A stretch of DNA of 60,832 bases, counting the filler, from Asterionella formosa (taxonomy: Eukaryota), in NCBI GenBank assembly GCA_002256025.1. It is 16 parts of 16 records of this genome, joined end to end, with 100 filler letters (N's around TTAATTAATTAA, not from the genome) between each part and the next. Parts side by side here need not be neighbours in the genome. Positions count along the whole stretch, not along the records: positions 34,342 to 38,050 come from NKIB01013962.1; positions 38,151 to 41,855 come from NKIB01013963.1; positions 41,956 to 45,659 come from NKIB01013964.1; positions 45,760 to 49,461 come from NKIB01013965.1; 12 more parts are not named here. One strand, given 5' to 3'. The notes under the pieces were generated by a model. That model was not told the DNA's origin. It ran no database searches and worked only from the letters and a program-made list of their open reading frames with translations. The position numbers were made by a program, and so were the translations under genes. Positions 35,231-46,940 of this stretch are shown here, piece by piece (the first letter of the stretch is position 1; each line of letters begins with the position of its first letter).

Positions 35231-35893
35231 AATTTTGAATTTGCACACCTTGATGAAGACTCCTTGTAAAAGCGATTTCTAATAAAAAAGATCTCATTCG
35301 GTTTTTTAGGATCTGCCAACGAAGCAAGGTTTGGTCAGTAGCAGCTCTACTAGGGTCCATCGTCGTGTAGATTAAGAAATGGAAGCTGTTGGATGTAGAA
35401 AGAAGATGGAAAGACAAACGAATCAGATGCCAAATCAAAAGAATTAGGAAGCGAGATAGAAGGATCAGGAAATGATGACGACTGGATCACAGTTAGACCA
35501 AAAAGAAAGAAGGATGATGTCACCGGAGTCATGAACAAGACTGGTGTAAAAAAATACCGATTAGCACATTACGAGCATGACAATACTCATTCTATTTTCA
35601 TTCTCCGGTTTACAATTATTTTCGAGGGCAGCTACGGGTATGAAATTAGGCGACACCACCACCTTTGTCTAGAAATGTTCTTGTAAGAGGAAAGGAATGA
35701 TTTTGAATTTGCAAATCTTGATGAAGACTGCTACTCCGAGTACGTGATACTAGTAATAGCGAATAACACCTCCAGAGGCAACCGAATTTCTTTGAAAAGA
35801 TCTCATTCGTGTTATAGGATCTCCCATCCAAGCAAGGTTTGGTCAGTAGCAACTCTACTAGGGGTCCATCGTCATGTGGATTAAGAAATGGAA
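35231..35893. repeat. Imperfect local direct repeat (35231-35385 and 35700-35893)
   Basis: Shared ATTTTGAATTTGCA..CTTGATGAAGACT..AAAAGATCTCATTCG..AAGCAAGGTTTGGTCAGTAGCA.CTCTACTAGGG..GATTAAGAAATGGAAG. Confidence 0.85.
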
Positions 35894-35999
35894 GAAACAA
35901 CTAACTCACTTTTCCAACTCGACCTCATAAGTTAGAACAAAAAGTCGAAAATCACCTGATTATGCCTTTGCGAGAGTAAGATTGTAAGATCCTTTGACA

Positions 36000-36884
36000 A
36001 TGAACTTATTCTTGATTGTAGCGTCCACCATCCTTTTCTTTCCTAATTTCACTGAAGCGGGTACTGCGGAACTGGAATCGCGCATTGACGAGATGAATAA
36101 GCTCATTGACAAGATGGAGAATGATATACTTGAGTTTGCCGATGTGGTTGGCATGAATTTTCCTTTGATTGCTATCAATAAGGCTTGGGGCTCTGAAGCC
36201 GGGAATCAACAAGCTGCCATCGATCGAATTGTGAAAGAATCGACTGCCCATTGCCCTTCGTTGAACCTTACTCGTTGTGAACTGGAATCATTTCGTCGTC
36301 TCAGCTTTGCTAGTGATGAAGCGATTTGTGATCTAAACGCTTGCAACGCTAGTGGCTTTGTTCTAGATGAGGCCACCAAATGCCCTTCGGTTTCTGATTA
36401 TCCACAGTATTTGTGGTTTAAGGCCATTCTTGCTGGCATGAAATTTCTTGCAAGTAATCCAAGTCCAAGTGCTGTTATATGATATATATCAAGAAGATCG
36501 TGTCACAAAGAGAATCTCACTCACCCAAATTGCTCCTGGATTGATTCTGCTGCCTATTTGGCGAAACTTTTCCATCGGATTTCTGTCCAGTTCCTATTGC
36601 CGTTGATTCTGTTTCTGCACCAGCTAGTTCAACCAAAAGCAAAACATGGATTCTTCCTGTCGGTTGTGTTGTTGGTTCTTTTGTTTTTGGTTTTTTTTGC
36701 TGGCGTGTTTTCTATAAAAAGGTCTCTTGCCAAGAAGTCTGCAAACCCACCGCCCAACCACCAAGATGTGAACCAATCAAACCGGGTGCAGAGCATACTG
36801 CTACCAGGTACCATTCACCCAGACACAATGGTTGTGATGCCACCATCCAGTGCACCTTATCCTGTGGTGGCATTGGAACAATGA
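36000..36884 (+). pseudogene. Type I membrane protein remnant (signal peptide, Cys-containing ectodomain, TM, Pro-rich tail)
   Basis: MNLFLIVASTILFF..TEA signal peptide; in-frame TGA at 36480-36482; hydrophobic segment and PPSSAPYP tail downstream; probable frameshifts. Confidence 0.5.
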
Positions 36885-38050
36885 TGATCAAAATATGGTA
36901 ACAGTTTCTGAGAAACTAAATATTGCAGTAATAACAGGTCTTGTTGGCAAGTAGCTTCGAAGTATAAAGGTTAGGACCCAGAGGCTGATTGTCGGCGAAA
37001 GAAAGAAAACAAAAGTTTGTGAGTCACAATGCATGGATCCAAGGATAGCAACAAGATGAGTGTGAGACTTCCAAAGTTTGATGGAGACCACAAGAAATTT
37101 CAAATGTGGAATACTCAATTTAGAGCATTTGCCACTGTTAGCAGATTGCTGAGACATTAGCTCCACAGGCTATGATGCCAGCAAGAGAAGATGAGTTGAT
37201 TGATGAAACAACTGATGATGGCAGGTTGAAAGCATTGGCCATCAGGAGAAATGGTGGAGCTATGGCTAATTTGTCAATGGCTTTCACATCTGAAGTTGTA
37301 CAAGGCGATGACTCCAGAGTGGCCAGGTGGGCTTGCTTATTTGGTAATGGAAGCTCTGAACAAGAAGTATCGACCTCAAGACACAATTACAAGAGTTGAG
37401 CTCAGGCAGAAGCTCAATAAAGTGTCCATGAAAAAAAACCAAGACCCTGCTACATTGTTTGAGCAAGTGAGTAGTATTGAGAATCAATACAATGCTCCAG
37501 GGGTCAAGATAGCTAGATGAAGGTGATTTGATTGCTGTCATACTTGATGCAGCACCAGAAGAATACTATGCAGTACTTACATCGGAACAGAGACTTCGCG
37601 GTGATAAGCTAACTTTAAATGATTTAGAGACTGCAATGAATCAATTTTGGAGACAAGGGAAAACCCCAAAGACTAATGATGGCAATGATGCTGCTGAAAT
37701 ATCATTGAGTGCATTTGGAGGTGTTTGCTATAATTGCAAGAAAAAGGGACATAAAGCCAATAAGTGTCCAGATAAAGAGCATAAAGATGGAAAAGGAACA
37801 AGACCTAAGGGAAATGGTGATAAGTTCAATGGAAAATGTAACAACTGTGGAAAAGTTGGGCACAAAGAAGCAAATTGTTGGGAGAAGGAATAAAATAAAC
37901 TTAAAAGGCCAGAGGGTTTTAAGTCCAGAAGTGCAGAAACTGCAGCATCAGCAGTTGATAATGGATAAAGACTTGAATTTCTATTGTGTGGAATGACATT
38001 TCCTACTGATCAAGCAATATTGATGGATCCAAATGTGTGGATTGCAGATA
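36882..38050 (+). mobile_element. Degenerate Ty1/Copia element: LTR remnant, gag with two CCHC knuckles, start of the protease
   Basis: SVRLPKFDG..FQMW..FRAFA, WPGGLAYLVMEAL.KKYRPQD, CYNCKKKGHKANKC, CNNCGKVGHKEANC, DPNVWIAD; stops and frameshifts. Confidence 0.88.
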
Positions 38051-38150
38051 NNNNNNNNNNNNNNNNNNNNNNNNNNNNNNNNNNNNNNNNNNNNTTAATT
38101 AATTAANNNNNNNNNNNNNNNNNNNNNNNNNNNNNNNNNNNNNNNNNNNN

Positions 38151-38783
38151 TGCTTTTCCATACCACATCTTTAATCCAGTCCAGGCATCATGTCCACTCT
38201 GGAGCCCATTTGCATCAATTATATGATGTGCAGTCCCCTTATACAGTGCTTTCTTCAGCATGTTGTATAATTCACGGTCACGTGCCATACCTACTGTATC
38301 AGCTGGTACTGGCTTGCCTGTACCTGTCAAAAGTGTTGCATATGCCGTCTGCCCAAGTGTTGCACCTGTACCAATGTACCATTCCTCCCAGTTGATTGGA
38401 TCCCCGGAAAAATCCTAGAGTGAATCAACATATATTTTCGGGGCCCCACGCGTAGGGTCTATAGGCATGGCTGGTACTGCTGGTACAACTGCTTGTGCCG
38501 CAGTGGCCATGGGCATGCTTAGTGTCACCATGACATTCTGCATAGTTGTTTGGACGTTTACGACATGTCCTCTTGCGAGAAATGTCCCAAGTCTTGCCAA
38601 CTTGCGCCTAAGCAGGATAGAAGAGTTGGGAAGTAACTGGACGATGTCCGCTTCTTCGAGGACGGAAAGGTTGTCTGTATTTGTCAAACCGGCGTTTGCG
38701 AGTGTTTCCAACTCATGTTGAGTCATTCCAGACAATTCCACCACTTTCGGATCCATGGTTCTACTAGCTCTTCGTCGACTCAT
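38151..38783 (-). mobile_element. Copia (CoDi-type) gag with one in-frame TAG (38415-38417), 3' truncated by the contig end
   Basis: ..GAPKIYVDSL*DFSGDPINWEEW..ATLGQTAY..DRELYNMLKKALYKGTAHHII..SGHDAWTGLKMWYG. Confidence 0.8.
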
Positions 38784-38794
38784 GAACTAGTAGA

Positions 38795-38990
38795 CTCGGT
38801 CTCATAATCTGATAAGATAGTATCTAAAGACGAATTGGCCTGTTAGTGCCCTGCTGTAATGGTAGGTCCAACAAGTTGTGACTTGAGCCCGTTCCAGCAG
38901 TACATTTTACTAGGTTAGTATGTATCTACGTAGATGGTACAACCACGTTGTACCAGTACCCATCAAGTACTATGGATATCTGATTCATCA
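38795..38990 (-). mobile_element. 5' LTR (38810-38990, TGAT..ATCA) and primer-binding site (38795-38809)
   Basis: The minus strand reads TGATGAATCAGAT...ATCTTATCA|GATTATGAGACCGAG immediately upstream of gag. Confidence 0.7.
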
Positions 38991-39349
38991 GTTGGTGCGG
39001 TAAGCGGTAAGTCACCAATTCCCCGGAGAACCCGAGCAATCTTGTTCCCGTATTTATCAAATGCATGGACCACCGAATATACCGGTACCGGTATATGCAT
39101 GAAAAAAATAGTCACACAAGAATGATTGTAACAAGCAGTTAAGCAACCAAAGTATGAAACGGAAATCGAAAGGTAAGACGTTAAAATGACAAGCAGGGAG
39201 TAGAATAAAAAGTGAAAAAGAAAATGGGTCAGCGGAAAAATCGTGTGAAAATTTGTCAACGCATTTTCATTAACAATTTTCAACTCACACTTTTTTGTCG
39301 TTGCAACGACAAAAATTTCAGAAATGTTCAGATTGGGCCTGGAGGAGCA

Positions 39350-40100
39350 GAAACCGATGCCTGAATTGATTTAGAGGCAGTGCTGGCTTCTTTATTGATT
39401 CGGACTTGTGGTTGTGGAGGTGTTGGAGGAGCAACAGCTTGATAGTGGAGGTTTGGTGCTGGCGATGCAGACTTCTGGTACCTGGTAGTATCCGGCAGGA
39501 GGAGGAGCAGGATGCGTCGAAAATTTACTGGCTGATGTGGGCATTTGTGGCTTGGAAAATTGAGGAAGACAGGTTTGAGTAGATTGATAGGAGCAATGGA
39601 GTGATATGTTGTTGGTGCTGGCGAGATATGTTGCCCACATTTTTTGCGACCTGAAGACTTTGCAATCTTTGTGTGAGTTTCAATAAAAGTGGCTTGCTAG
39701 CATTGGGAAACAGGAAAAGAATAATGGTAGTGTGTGTTCATTATGCCTCGTGAAAACAACAATCAACTGGCAACATATTTCACCTCATTGGACAAGCTGG
39801 TTTGACCAGTGGATACTGATTTGTTCCATTGTCAGGAAGTGGAGGAGTAACATGACAATAGCTTTCATCAATGTTCTGAAGAGGAAGAAATATGTTTCAT
39901 AATTAATAAAATCGACAATGGCGGGAACTCAAATATGACAACAACGATCAACAAGCACATACCTGTCCTCTCTTCCTTGTTGAATATGAGTTAATGCAGA
40001 ATACCGGTTCCGTCATGTTCCGGCTGCTTTGCGGAGTTTGCCATAGCTCATTGAGATTGACGACTTTTCATTGTCATTGTGGAAGATTATGCAGAAGTAA
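39350..40100 (-). pseudogene. Intron-rich low-complexity gene remnant of unknown function
   Basis: Canonical-looking introns at 39651-39783 (GTGAAA..CTCAC..TTCAG) and 39876-39962 (GTATGT..TTCAG); Pro/Ser/Thr-rich last exon. Confidence 0.35.
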
Positions 40101-40699
40101 CAAAAGAATTATTGTGATTAGAAAGCAATGAAACAATACTATTGTAGAGCAGCGGAAAAAAGCCAACACATGAGCACTAAAACTTGCTGCCGAGATCTGA
40201 TTTGAGATAAGGTAGAACACGTAGAAAACATACTACAAAGATATAGTTAAAATTTAATGGCTGATCATATCTGACAAAAATACCGGTTCAATGACGAGAT
40301 GGAAGCCTAACTTTGACATACCATAACGTTTCGAGTTTTGATACCCAACGACTCATTGAGGTCGCTTTTGAACAATCATTAATTTATTTATCACTAAATA
40401 TCAAATCTAGAGAAGTATTTGGCCGAAAAGGCTCAACAGAAAGGGCAACCGAAATTTTGGTGCCACCATGATGAAGCAAGCACGATGCAATGATATGAAT
40501 CATATGAGAAGTTGAATTATCCAACAACCAGCCAAATCCATTTGATGAAGAGTCAGTACTTGAGACATCAATGACCAGATTTTGTATACATCGGAGCATG
40601 CTGGAAGATAGCAGGGATGTAAATAGTTGAATTACCATCAACACTTTTAAGAAAACCATCATTTTGTGCCTTCATGTAGCTCCTCCTACTCTTGTCCAA

Positions 40700-40960
40700 T
40701 TCGGCAGTCGATTTTCCTTAAGTAAACGACAGTCAATTGAGGGGCTATAGATATCAGCAATCAAATTCCCTTGAATAAACGGCAGTCGATTTCGGAATTA
40801 AATTCTAGGGGCTATTGAAAATATTGAAGGTAGTTTGGCAGTCGAAAAACGGAGCACATGAAATACACAAAATATGTTTTGTATGATGGGGAATTGCAGG
40901 ATTGAGTAATCCAAAAGTACATATGAAATATACAATATTTGTTTTATATGATGGGCAAGT
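40700..40960. repeat. Cluster of CGGCAGTCGA(T) and GGGGCTAT motifs (transposon subterminal-like), followed by a two-copy repeat of about 64-bp period
   Basis: G(G/A)CAGTC(G/A)A four times in 40700-40847; ATGAAATA.ACAA.AT.TGTTTT.TATGATGGG twice. Confidence 0.55.
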
Positions 40961-41428
40961 GGCTAGTTCGCATCCAACATACAAACTATCTAAAATAGGT
41001 TTTCACTGTTAACTGAAAGGGCAATGTAGTGGCGAAAAGCGCTCCGATAGCTAGTTTGTGAATTGCCTAGGTAATTGCTTAGCATATTTAGCTCTACTAG
41101 ACTAGGCATACCGGTAACGGTACTACCAGTACCAGGTACCAAGGTACTGGTAATGGTAAATAAGAGACCTATATATATAGATAGCTACATACAAAGTTTT
41201 ACATTTTCTACATGTCTAGTCATCACGAAAAATAGAAGAGGTAAACAATACCATCGAAGCTATTGAGACATATCATAGTCAAGGATCGGTCTTGACGTCT
41301 GATCCTCCAGAGAGTTATCTCACCGATGGGGGTTTATGCATCTATGTTATAGGGCTCTGATTTGCGAGTGTGAAGATTTGATATAATAATCATCGGCGAC
41401 GAAAGTCTCAGAAATGGAACCTTTCTCC

Positions 41429-41855
41429 ATGCGAAACACAACTTTGATTCTGATTCTGATACATCTTGGCCCAGGACTCTCCTGGGCCTTTCGTTCCCAG
41501 AACCTGCTTGCTGGGAAAATGCCCATCGTTTTGTACAGCATGATCAGCAGCAATGATGAAAACAATAGCATGATTGGCGTCCCGTCTGCAGAAAAAGCAT
41601 TACAGTCGTCCGGTATGGCCAAAAAACTTCGAGCCTACCGATCGAGTCGAGGCCGAACACAGACCCAACAAAAATCCATTCTTGCAAAAAAGGTAGTAAT
41701 CGAGAAAGTTCCAACAAGTCCTTGTAGACGGAATGGGGATTACCTACCCTACGAGTCGGCTTTGGCTGCACTCAGAGTCTATCACTCCCTTCATGGGAAT
41801 TTGGTCATTCCACGACGATATCTAATTCCTGCACAAGACCCCTACCCGCCTGAAT
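41429..41855 (+). CDS. Helicase-associated (HA) domain protein, probably plastid-targeted; 3' truncated
   Basis: Hydrophobic signal peptide ending SWA-F (ASAFAP-like), a basic Ser-rich transit region, then YESALAALRVYHSLHGNLVIPRRYLIP...YPPE. Confidence 0.7.
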
Positions 41856-41955
41856 NNNNNNNNNNNNNNNNNNNNNNNNNNNNNNNNNNNNNNNNNNNNT
41901 TAATTAATTAANNNNNNNNNNNNNNNNNNNNNNNNNNNNNNNNNNNNNNNNNNNN

Positions 41956-42237
41956 GTAGTCTCCAGGTATTTCCATTGCAAAGTAGATTTTTTTATCATC
42001 ATAGGAGCACTTAAAGCCAGCGTTCCCATCAGGATACGGAGTAAACCCGCCTATCTGGTACATCGTTGTGTCCATTCTAGTCCCGGCATTCCATTCGCTA
42101 AGATCGGCATCAATCTTTGGTGGAATCAGCGTAGGCAGACATGTCATGCTCTCGAGCAGGGGAGAGCACTGCCGCTGGCCATAGGCGCATGTTGTCGAAG
42201 CAACAACGATGGTAAGAGAAGTAGCAACGATCTTCAT
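41956..42237 (-). CDS. Secreted EB_dh/DOMON-like (CBM9-fold, putative heme-binding) protein; 3' truncated
   Basis: Signal peptide, then PKIDADLSEW and FKCSYDDKKIYFAMEIPGDY. Confidence 0.6.
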
Positions 42238-43404
42238 GCTGTAAGATTACAACTTATGAGACTGCAGTTAAGGTTGTTTCCGATGTACTTGGTATTGCTA
42301 CTAACTCAAGTTCTGGCACATTTCGAATACAAGTACCAGCCAGTGAGTGTATACCCATACCTGGTAAGTACTCTGGTAGCAAGCAGCAGGCTCGAATTCT
42401 TCAATGGTTGAGAAATATCTGAAGATTTGCTTGCTATTATAAAGGTCGGATTCATACCAGGTACCTGGTACATTCCAATGGGACATAATTATACATCGCC
42501 GGTATCAGAGAGGCTGAAGTTGCCGTTACATCCACTATCTGGCAAATTAGTCAGGAGCACGAACACGTCCAGTCCGCAAAATGGGGTCATACATGCGGTC
42601 AGCAAGATCCTGAAACGAAATTGCACCGTGCAGGTTTTTTGAAGTTGATGACAACGAGATCTTTGTAAATTGCATTCTATACCGGTAGCCACCTTTGCAA
42701 CGAGAGATGCTGCCGATGTTTCCACATGCTCACCGGCGATATGTAACTAAAAAGAATGTGTGCACATTTTATATTGTGTATAAAATTCATATGCGTAAAA
42801 GCGGTATTGCTACCTGTATAATGTGAGACGGACGCATTGTCTAATGCATATTTTGAATTTTATCATGAAAGAGAGAAGATTCTCTTGCGAAGCGATACCG
42901 TACTCCGCTATTATTCATGACCTCGTGTGTAGAACACCGGTAATTGAATAATTAAATATTTATTTATACAAACATGCGTGCATGTACCACGGATGCATGG
43001 CATCATGCACATTTTGAATTGTGGACTCCATTGTAATCCAATGAGTCGAATCTTGCATTGCCACACCAATCAGCTGTCTAACGAGATTGATGATTGAAGA
43101 TTTCTAAGGAAATCATAAGTGGAAATTCGAAGAGAGTCTTAAAACGTCTTTGTGAAAAGCAAAGATGCATGGAAAGAAAGCATTTAGTTTAGATTATAAT
43201 TTTAGATTATCAATTGAGTAAACAGTGTGTTAATTGACAGGAAGGTCAATAAGTTTATTTAGCAGGAAGGCTAGAAGAATAGAAGAGAGAAAAAGTAAGT
43301 GGTACTAGGTAGTAATAGAAGCAAGTAAGAGCCTACCGTATGAAGAGACCCAGCCCATGGGAAGAAGTATGGACCTTTTTAACAATGCACATTTTAAATT
43401 TTTC

Positions 43405-43517
43405 TTGGCTAACTGTTTCGCTGTTACTGAGATATATTTGTGAACTGTATCTCTACATAGAAGATACAATTTAAAAATAAAAATAATTATTTGTATCTCT
43501 GTTAAGACCTGCCCTAA
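43405..43517 (-). mobile_element. PIF/Harbinger terminus TTA|GGGCAGGTCTTAACAGAGATACA; relatives at 51003 and 51068
   Basis: About 110-bp similarity to 51068-51180, TWA-type flank and internal (A)GAGATACA repeats. Confidence 0.75.
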
Positions 43518-43583
43518 GCAGCCAAGGATTGTCCTGGCTTTGTCGATGTCGTGATGGCTGGCTTGCTTCTAAAAGGGAGTGAA

Positions 43584-44076
43584 TCGTCTTGCCACCGGGG
43601 TACTTCTAAGTTATTTTTGTTAAGGGGCAATATAGGTCACATATCGAATTTTCCGGCATCTAAATTTGCAGATTTAGCATGACAGCATCCAGAATTGCTA
43701 ACGGTGATGTGCATACTAACAGAAATGGTAAAACAAGCATCAAACACACGAGAATAATTGTGACATGTAAAATGAATGAAAATTGAACATGAAATTTCGA
43801 GCGACCACAGCATGATATGCTATGTAACAAGTTTCATCAAATGAGAAATGGAAAATATTGTTTTGGGTTAGAAATGAAGTAAAAAATATGAGTTTCAGTG
43901 GAGACATTTGCATTGTAGTACCTTTACAGGCAACATTGGCTGGCTTTCATCACACAATCAAAGTGCGAAATAATATAGAGAAGAAAGAAAAAGCTGAATC
44001 CAACTTAGATCTACATCGTTATGAAGTGTAGATGATCCGGTTGCTGCAACCATGCACATAGCTGTTGCCTGACACA
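43584..44076 (+). repeat. About 500-bp non-coding dispersed repeat; inverted copy at 45909-46435, partial copy near 39113-39160
   Basis: Shared CATCAAATGAGAAAT.GAAAA.ATTGTTTTGGGTTAGAAATGAAGT and GGTTGCTGCAACCATG; common boundaries ATCGTCTTGCCA and GCCTGACAC. Confidence 0.9.
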
Positions 44077-44584
44077 AGTAGCAGGAGTGCTTTAGCCACA
44101 TTCATTCCTCCCACAAAACAAGCAACCCTGATCATTCCATTCCATTCTGAGCAAGTGCTGTGCTCTCCAGGCTGCTCCACCGCTATCGAATCCCTCTAGA
44201 TATTTCTGACCAAAATCTTGCAACACACTTAGTAGAAGTATTGTTGTCCCTGTGGATATAAATGTTTGTGGTTTGTCATCAGTATATTTTATGTGCCAAA
44301 GAACACATTCAACCCCTGGGACATACTCATGAGTGGACTCCACATGAACCCTACATAGTAGTATTTAATCCGCCAGGAAGGTCCGGTAATCAGCAAATTG
44401 CGCGCACTATATACTAAAAATTCCAAGTAGCAGTTTCAACCTACTTCATTGGAAGTCTGTCCAGCTCACCAATTCCGAAATGATGAAAATCTCAAATAAT
44501 TTCAATTTATTTAGATTACCTGTAACCGTCATAAACTTTCAAACGGAAAAGCGCTGCCACCTTTCACCGCAGAATTGCTGCCTA

Positions 44585-45078
44585 CCAACTTCAACTTGCT
44601 GACTGCGGCGGTCTTATTGTTGCTAACTGCTGACTTGATTTGCTGAAAATTTGAAATATTCGCTGACTGCTGACAGCTAACTTCAACATGCTGACATCAA
44701 ACAAGCTAATTTGTACATAGGAAGAGACCGACTACCAATACTGGTGTACGAATTGTGTCTACTTTTCATATTAGAATAACAATGGAAATGCATCATCTTT
44801 TTGTTGTTGGGATACTAAAAGCGATGCCTTCTACATCGTTCATACTATACTATTGGGAGTAACATAGACGTACCTGGTACCTGGCTGGTACTCCGTACAT
44901 GATAATAAACTGTGAAATCAACATTGATGCCTAAAAAATTCATTGCTATCTACTTTGTGATATTGCTACCACCATGTACTGGTACTATCGTAAAAATGCT
45001 GACTTCAACTTGCTAACTACTGACTGCAGACTTGATTTGCTGAGATTTGAAAAAATTGCTGACTGCTGACTTCAAGTT
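44585..45078. repeat. Two blocks of GCTGACT/GCTAACT-rich direct repeats (44585-44700, 44996-45078)
   Basis: ACTTCAACTTGCT.ACT..GACTTGATTTGCTGA.ATTTGAAA..GCTGACTGCTGAC occurs in both blocks. Confidence 0.75.
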
Positions 45079-45759
45079 CATTTTCACAATAAAACGAGTA
45101 ACGGCTTAACGTCTATGTAAACGACTATTTAAAGAATATTGGAGTGGCGCAAAATTTAGGGGTTTGACAATTTTTGGGGTATACCCCTTCCTTTTTCTTG
45201 TACGTGAATCGATGAACAGAAAACAAGCAACCTGCACGCTATGTGTGCTGATTAACGGACATTCCAGTGTCAAGATTTAGTACTGCGTGCATATTAGTTC
45301 AGTCGAACTAATCAATCTTGAATAATATTCCAGCCAAAATTCCCGTATTGAAATGCTGTCAGAATTTGAACAGCATTGATTGCCAAGAACTATATCAGCA
45401 AACCAAGGTAAATATTCGAATGGAGAATGTTCTAAGTAATCAATATTTCAATGAAGGAAAGGTATATATGCAATGCAGATAGCATTGAATATTCACGATT
45501 GTTCTACTAAGTGAGTGGAGTTGAGTTGTCAGTTGAGAATTGAATGTCTAACAACACAATGAATATCTATATACAAATTTGGGAAGAGAACCTTAATAAT
45601 TGGTCATGTGAACGATTACAAGATAGATCAAATAAGCTCACAATAAGGTGGGATTAGAANNNNNNNNNNNNNNNNNNNNNNNNNNNNNNNNNNNNNNNNN
45701 NNNTTAATTAATTAANNNNNNNNNNNNNNNNNNNNNNNNNNNNNNNNNNNNNNNNNNNN

Positions 45760-45760
45760 C

Positions 45761-45834
<74 letters not shown>

Positions 45835-45835
45835 C
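45760..45835 (+). repeat. (CAA)n microsatellite, about 25 units, at the contig start
   Basis: Perfect CAA run. Confidence 0.98.
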
Positions 45836-45843
45836 GAGTAAAC

Positions 45844-46435
45844 GAAAAGAGAAAGGATGACGCCTAGAGGCGTCTTCCCTTTTCCCTAACCCTAACCCAA
45901 ACCCTATGGTGTCAGGCTACTACAGCGATGCACATGGTTGCAGCAACCAGACCATTTACCCTACATAACTATGCAGTTCTAAATTGGGTTTAGCTTTTTT
46001 TCTTCTTCTTTTGGTCTTTGATTGTGTGGTGATGGAAAGTCAATGTTGCCAGTGTAAGTACACTAATTCACAATGCATACATCTCCATTGAAACTCCAAT
46101 TTTTCACTTCATTTCTAACCCAAAACAATTTTTTCTATTTCTCATTTGATGCAACTTATTACATCGCATTTCATACTTTGGTTGCTCCAAACATCATGTT
46201 CAATTTTCATTGATGTTGCATGTTGTTACAATCATTCTCGTGTGTTTTATGCTTGTTGTAACCATCCTATGAATATTACCGTTATTCTGGCTGTGTCATG
46301 CTAAAAATCGGCAATTTTAATGCCGAAAAATTCGTTTTTTTTTCGATGTGCCCCATATTGCCCTTAAATAAAAATTACTTAAGAAATTACTTAGAGCCTA
46401 AAAATTACTTAGAAGTACCAGAATGGCAAGACGAT
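45844..46435 (-). mobile_element. Copy of the 500-bp repeat ending in CCCTAA-like repeats and a GC-rich hairpin (Helentron-like terminus)
   Basis: GAAAAG..GGATGACGCC-TAGA-GGCGTCTTCC-CTTTTC hairpin at 45844-45884, followed by CCCTAACCCTAACCCAAACCCTA. Confidence 0.5.
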
Positions 46436-46940
46436 AGCTGGAGCGGGAATTGCTCCAGGTGCACATGTGTTGAAATGTATGGCGCCTACTCTAGCGCGCT
46501 CCAGTACTGCCCTGGAATGACCGATCAAGATCTTTCTCACGCCGCTCGTCTGGAGATTCTTCTGCTATATAAATCCTGTCTATTTCCGTTTAGACATTCC
46601 TCAGACTACCTAGTCTTCGGACACCTGTCGACATCAACAGCCTAACAGACACACTCTGACACACATGGTGTGTGGTATGATTAGATTCCGAAACACCAAG
46701 GTACTGTTACGAGGGTACCAGTACCTGTTACCAAAACACATTTATTTCTTGTCCTGGACTTACTGTATTTTGATACTGGTAGCTATGTACAGACACAGTA
46801 TTCCTCCTACATAGGAATTGCAATCTTGGGTGCAGGATTCAATCTACATATTATTTCAGAAAAAAGTGAACACGAGAAGCACCGGCCGGACAGATCAAAC
46901 ACCTTTCTGTTTCAAAGAATCCAAAGATTGATCATCGAAC

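Noticed and set aside
36480..36482. In-frame TGA as selenocysteine or readthrough
   Set aside because: No redox motif or recognisable SECIS, and additional frameshifts point to decay.
37212..37240. CTGATGA..GAAA as a second hammerhead
   Set aside because: No stem II, I or III pairing; it lies inside Copia gag coding sequence.
45884..45906. True telomere
   Set aside because: Only about four imperfect units, internal to the contig.
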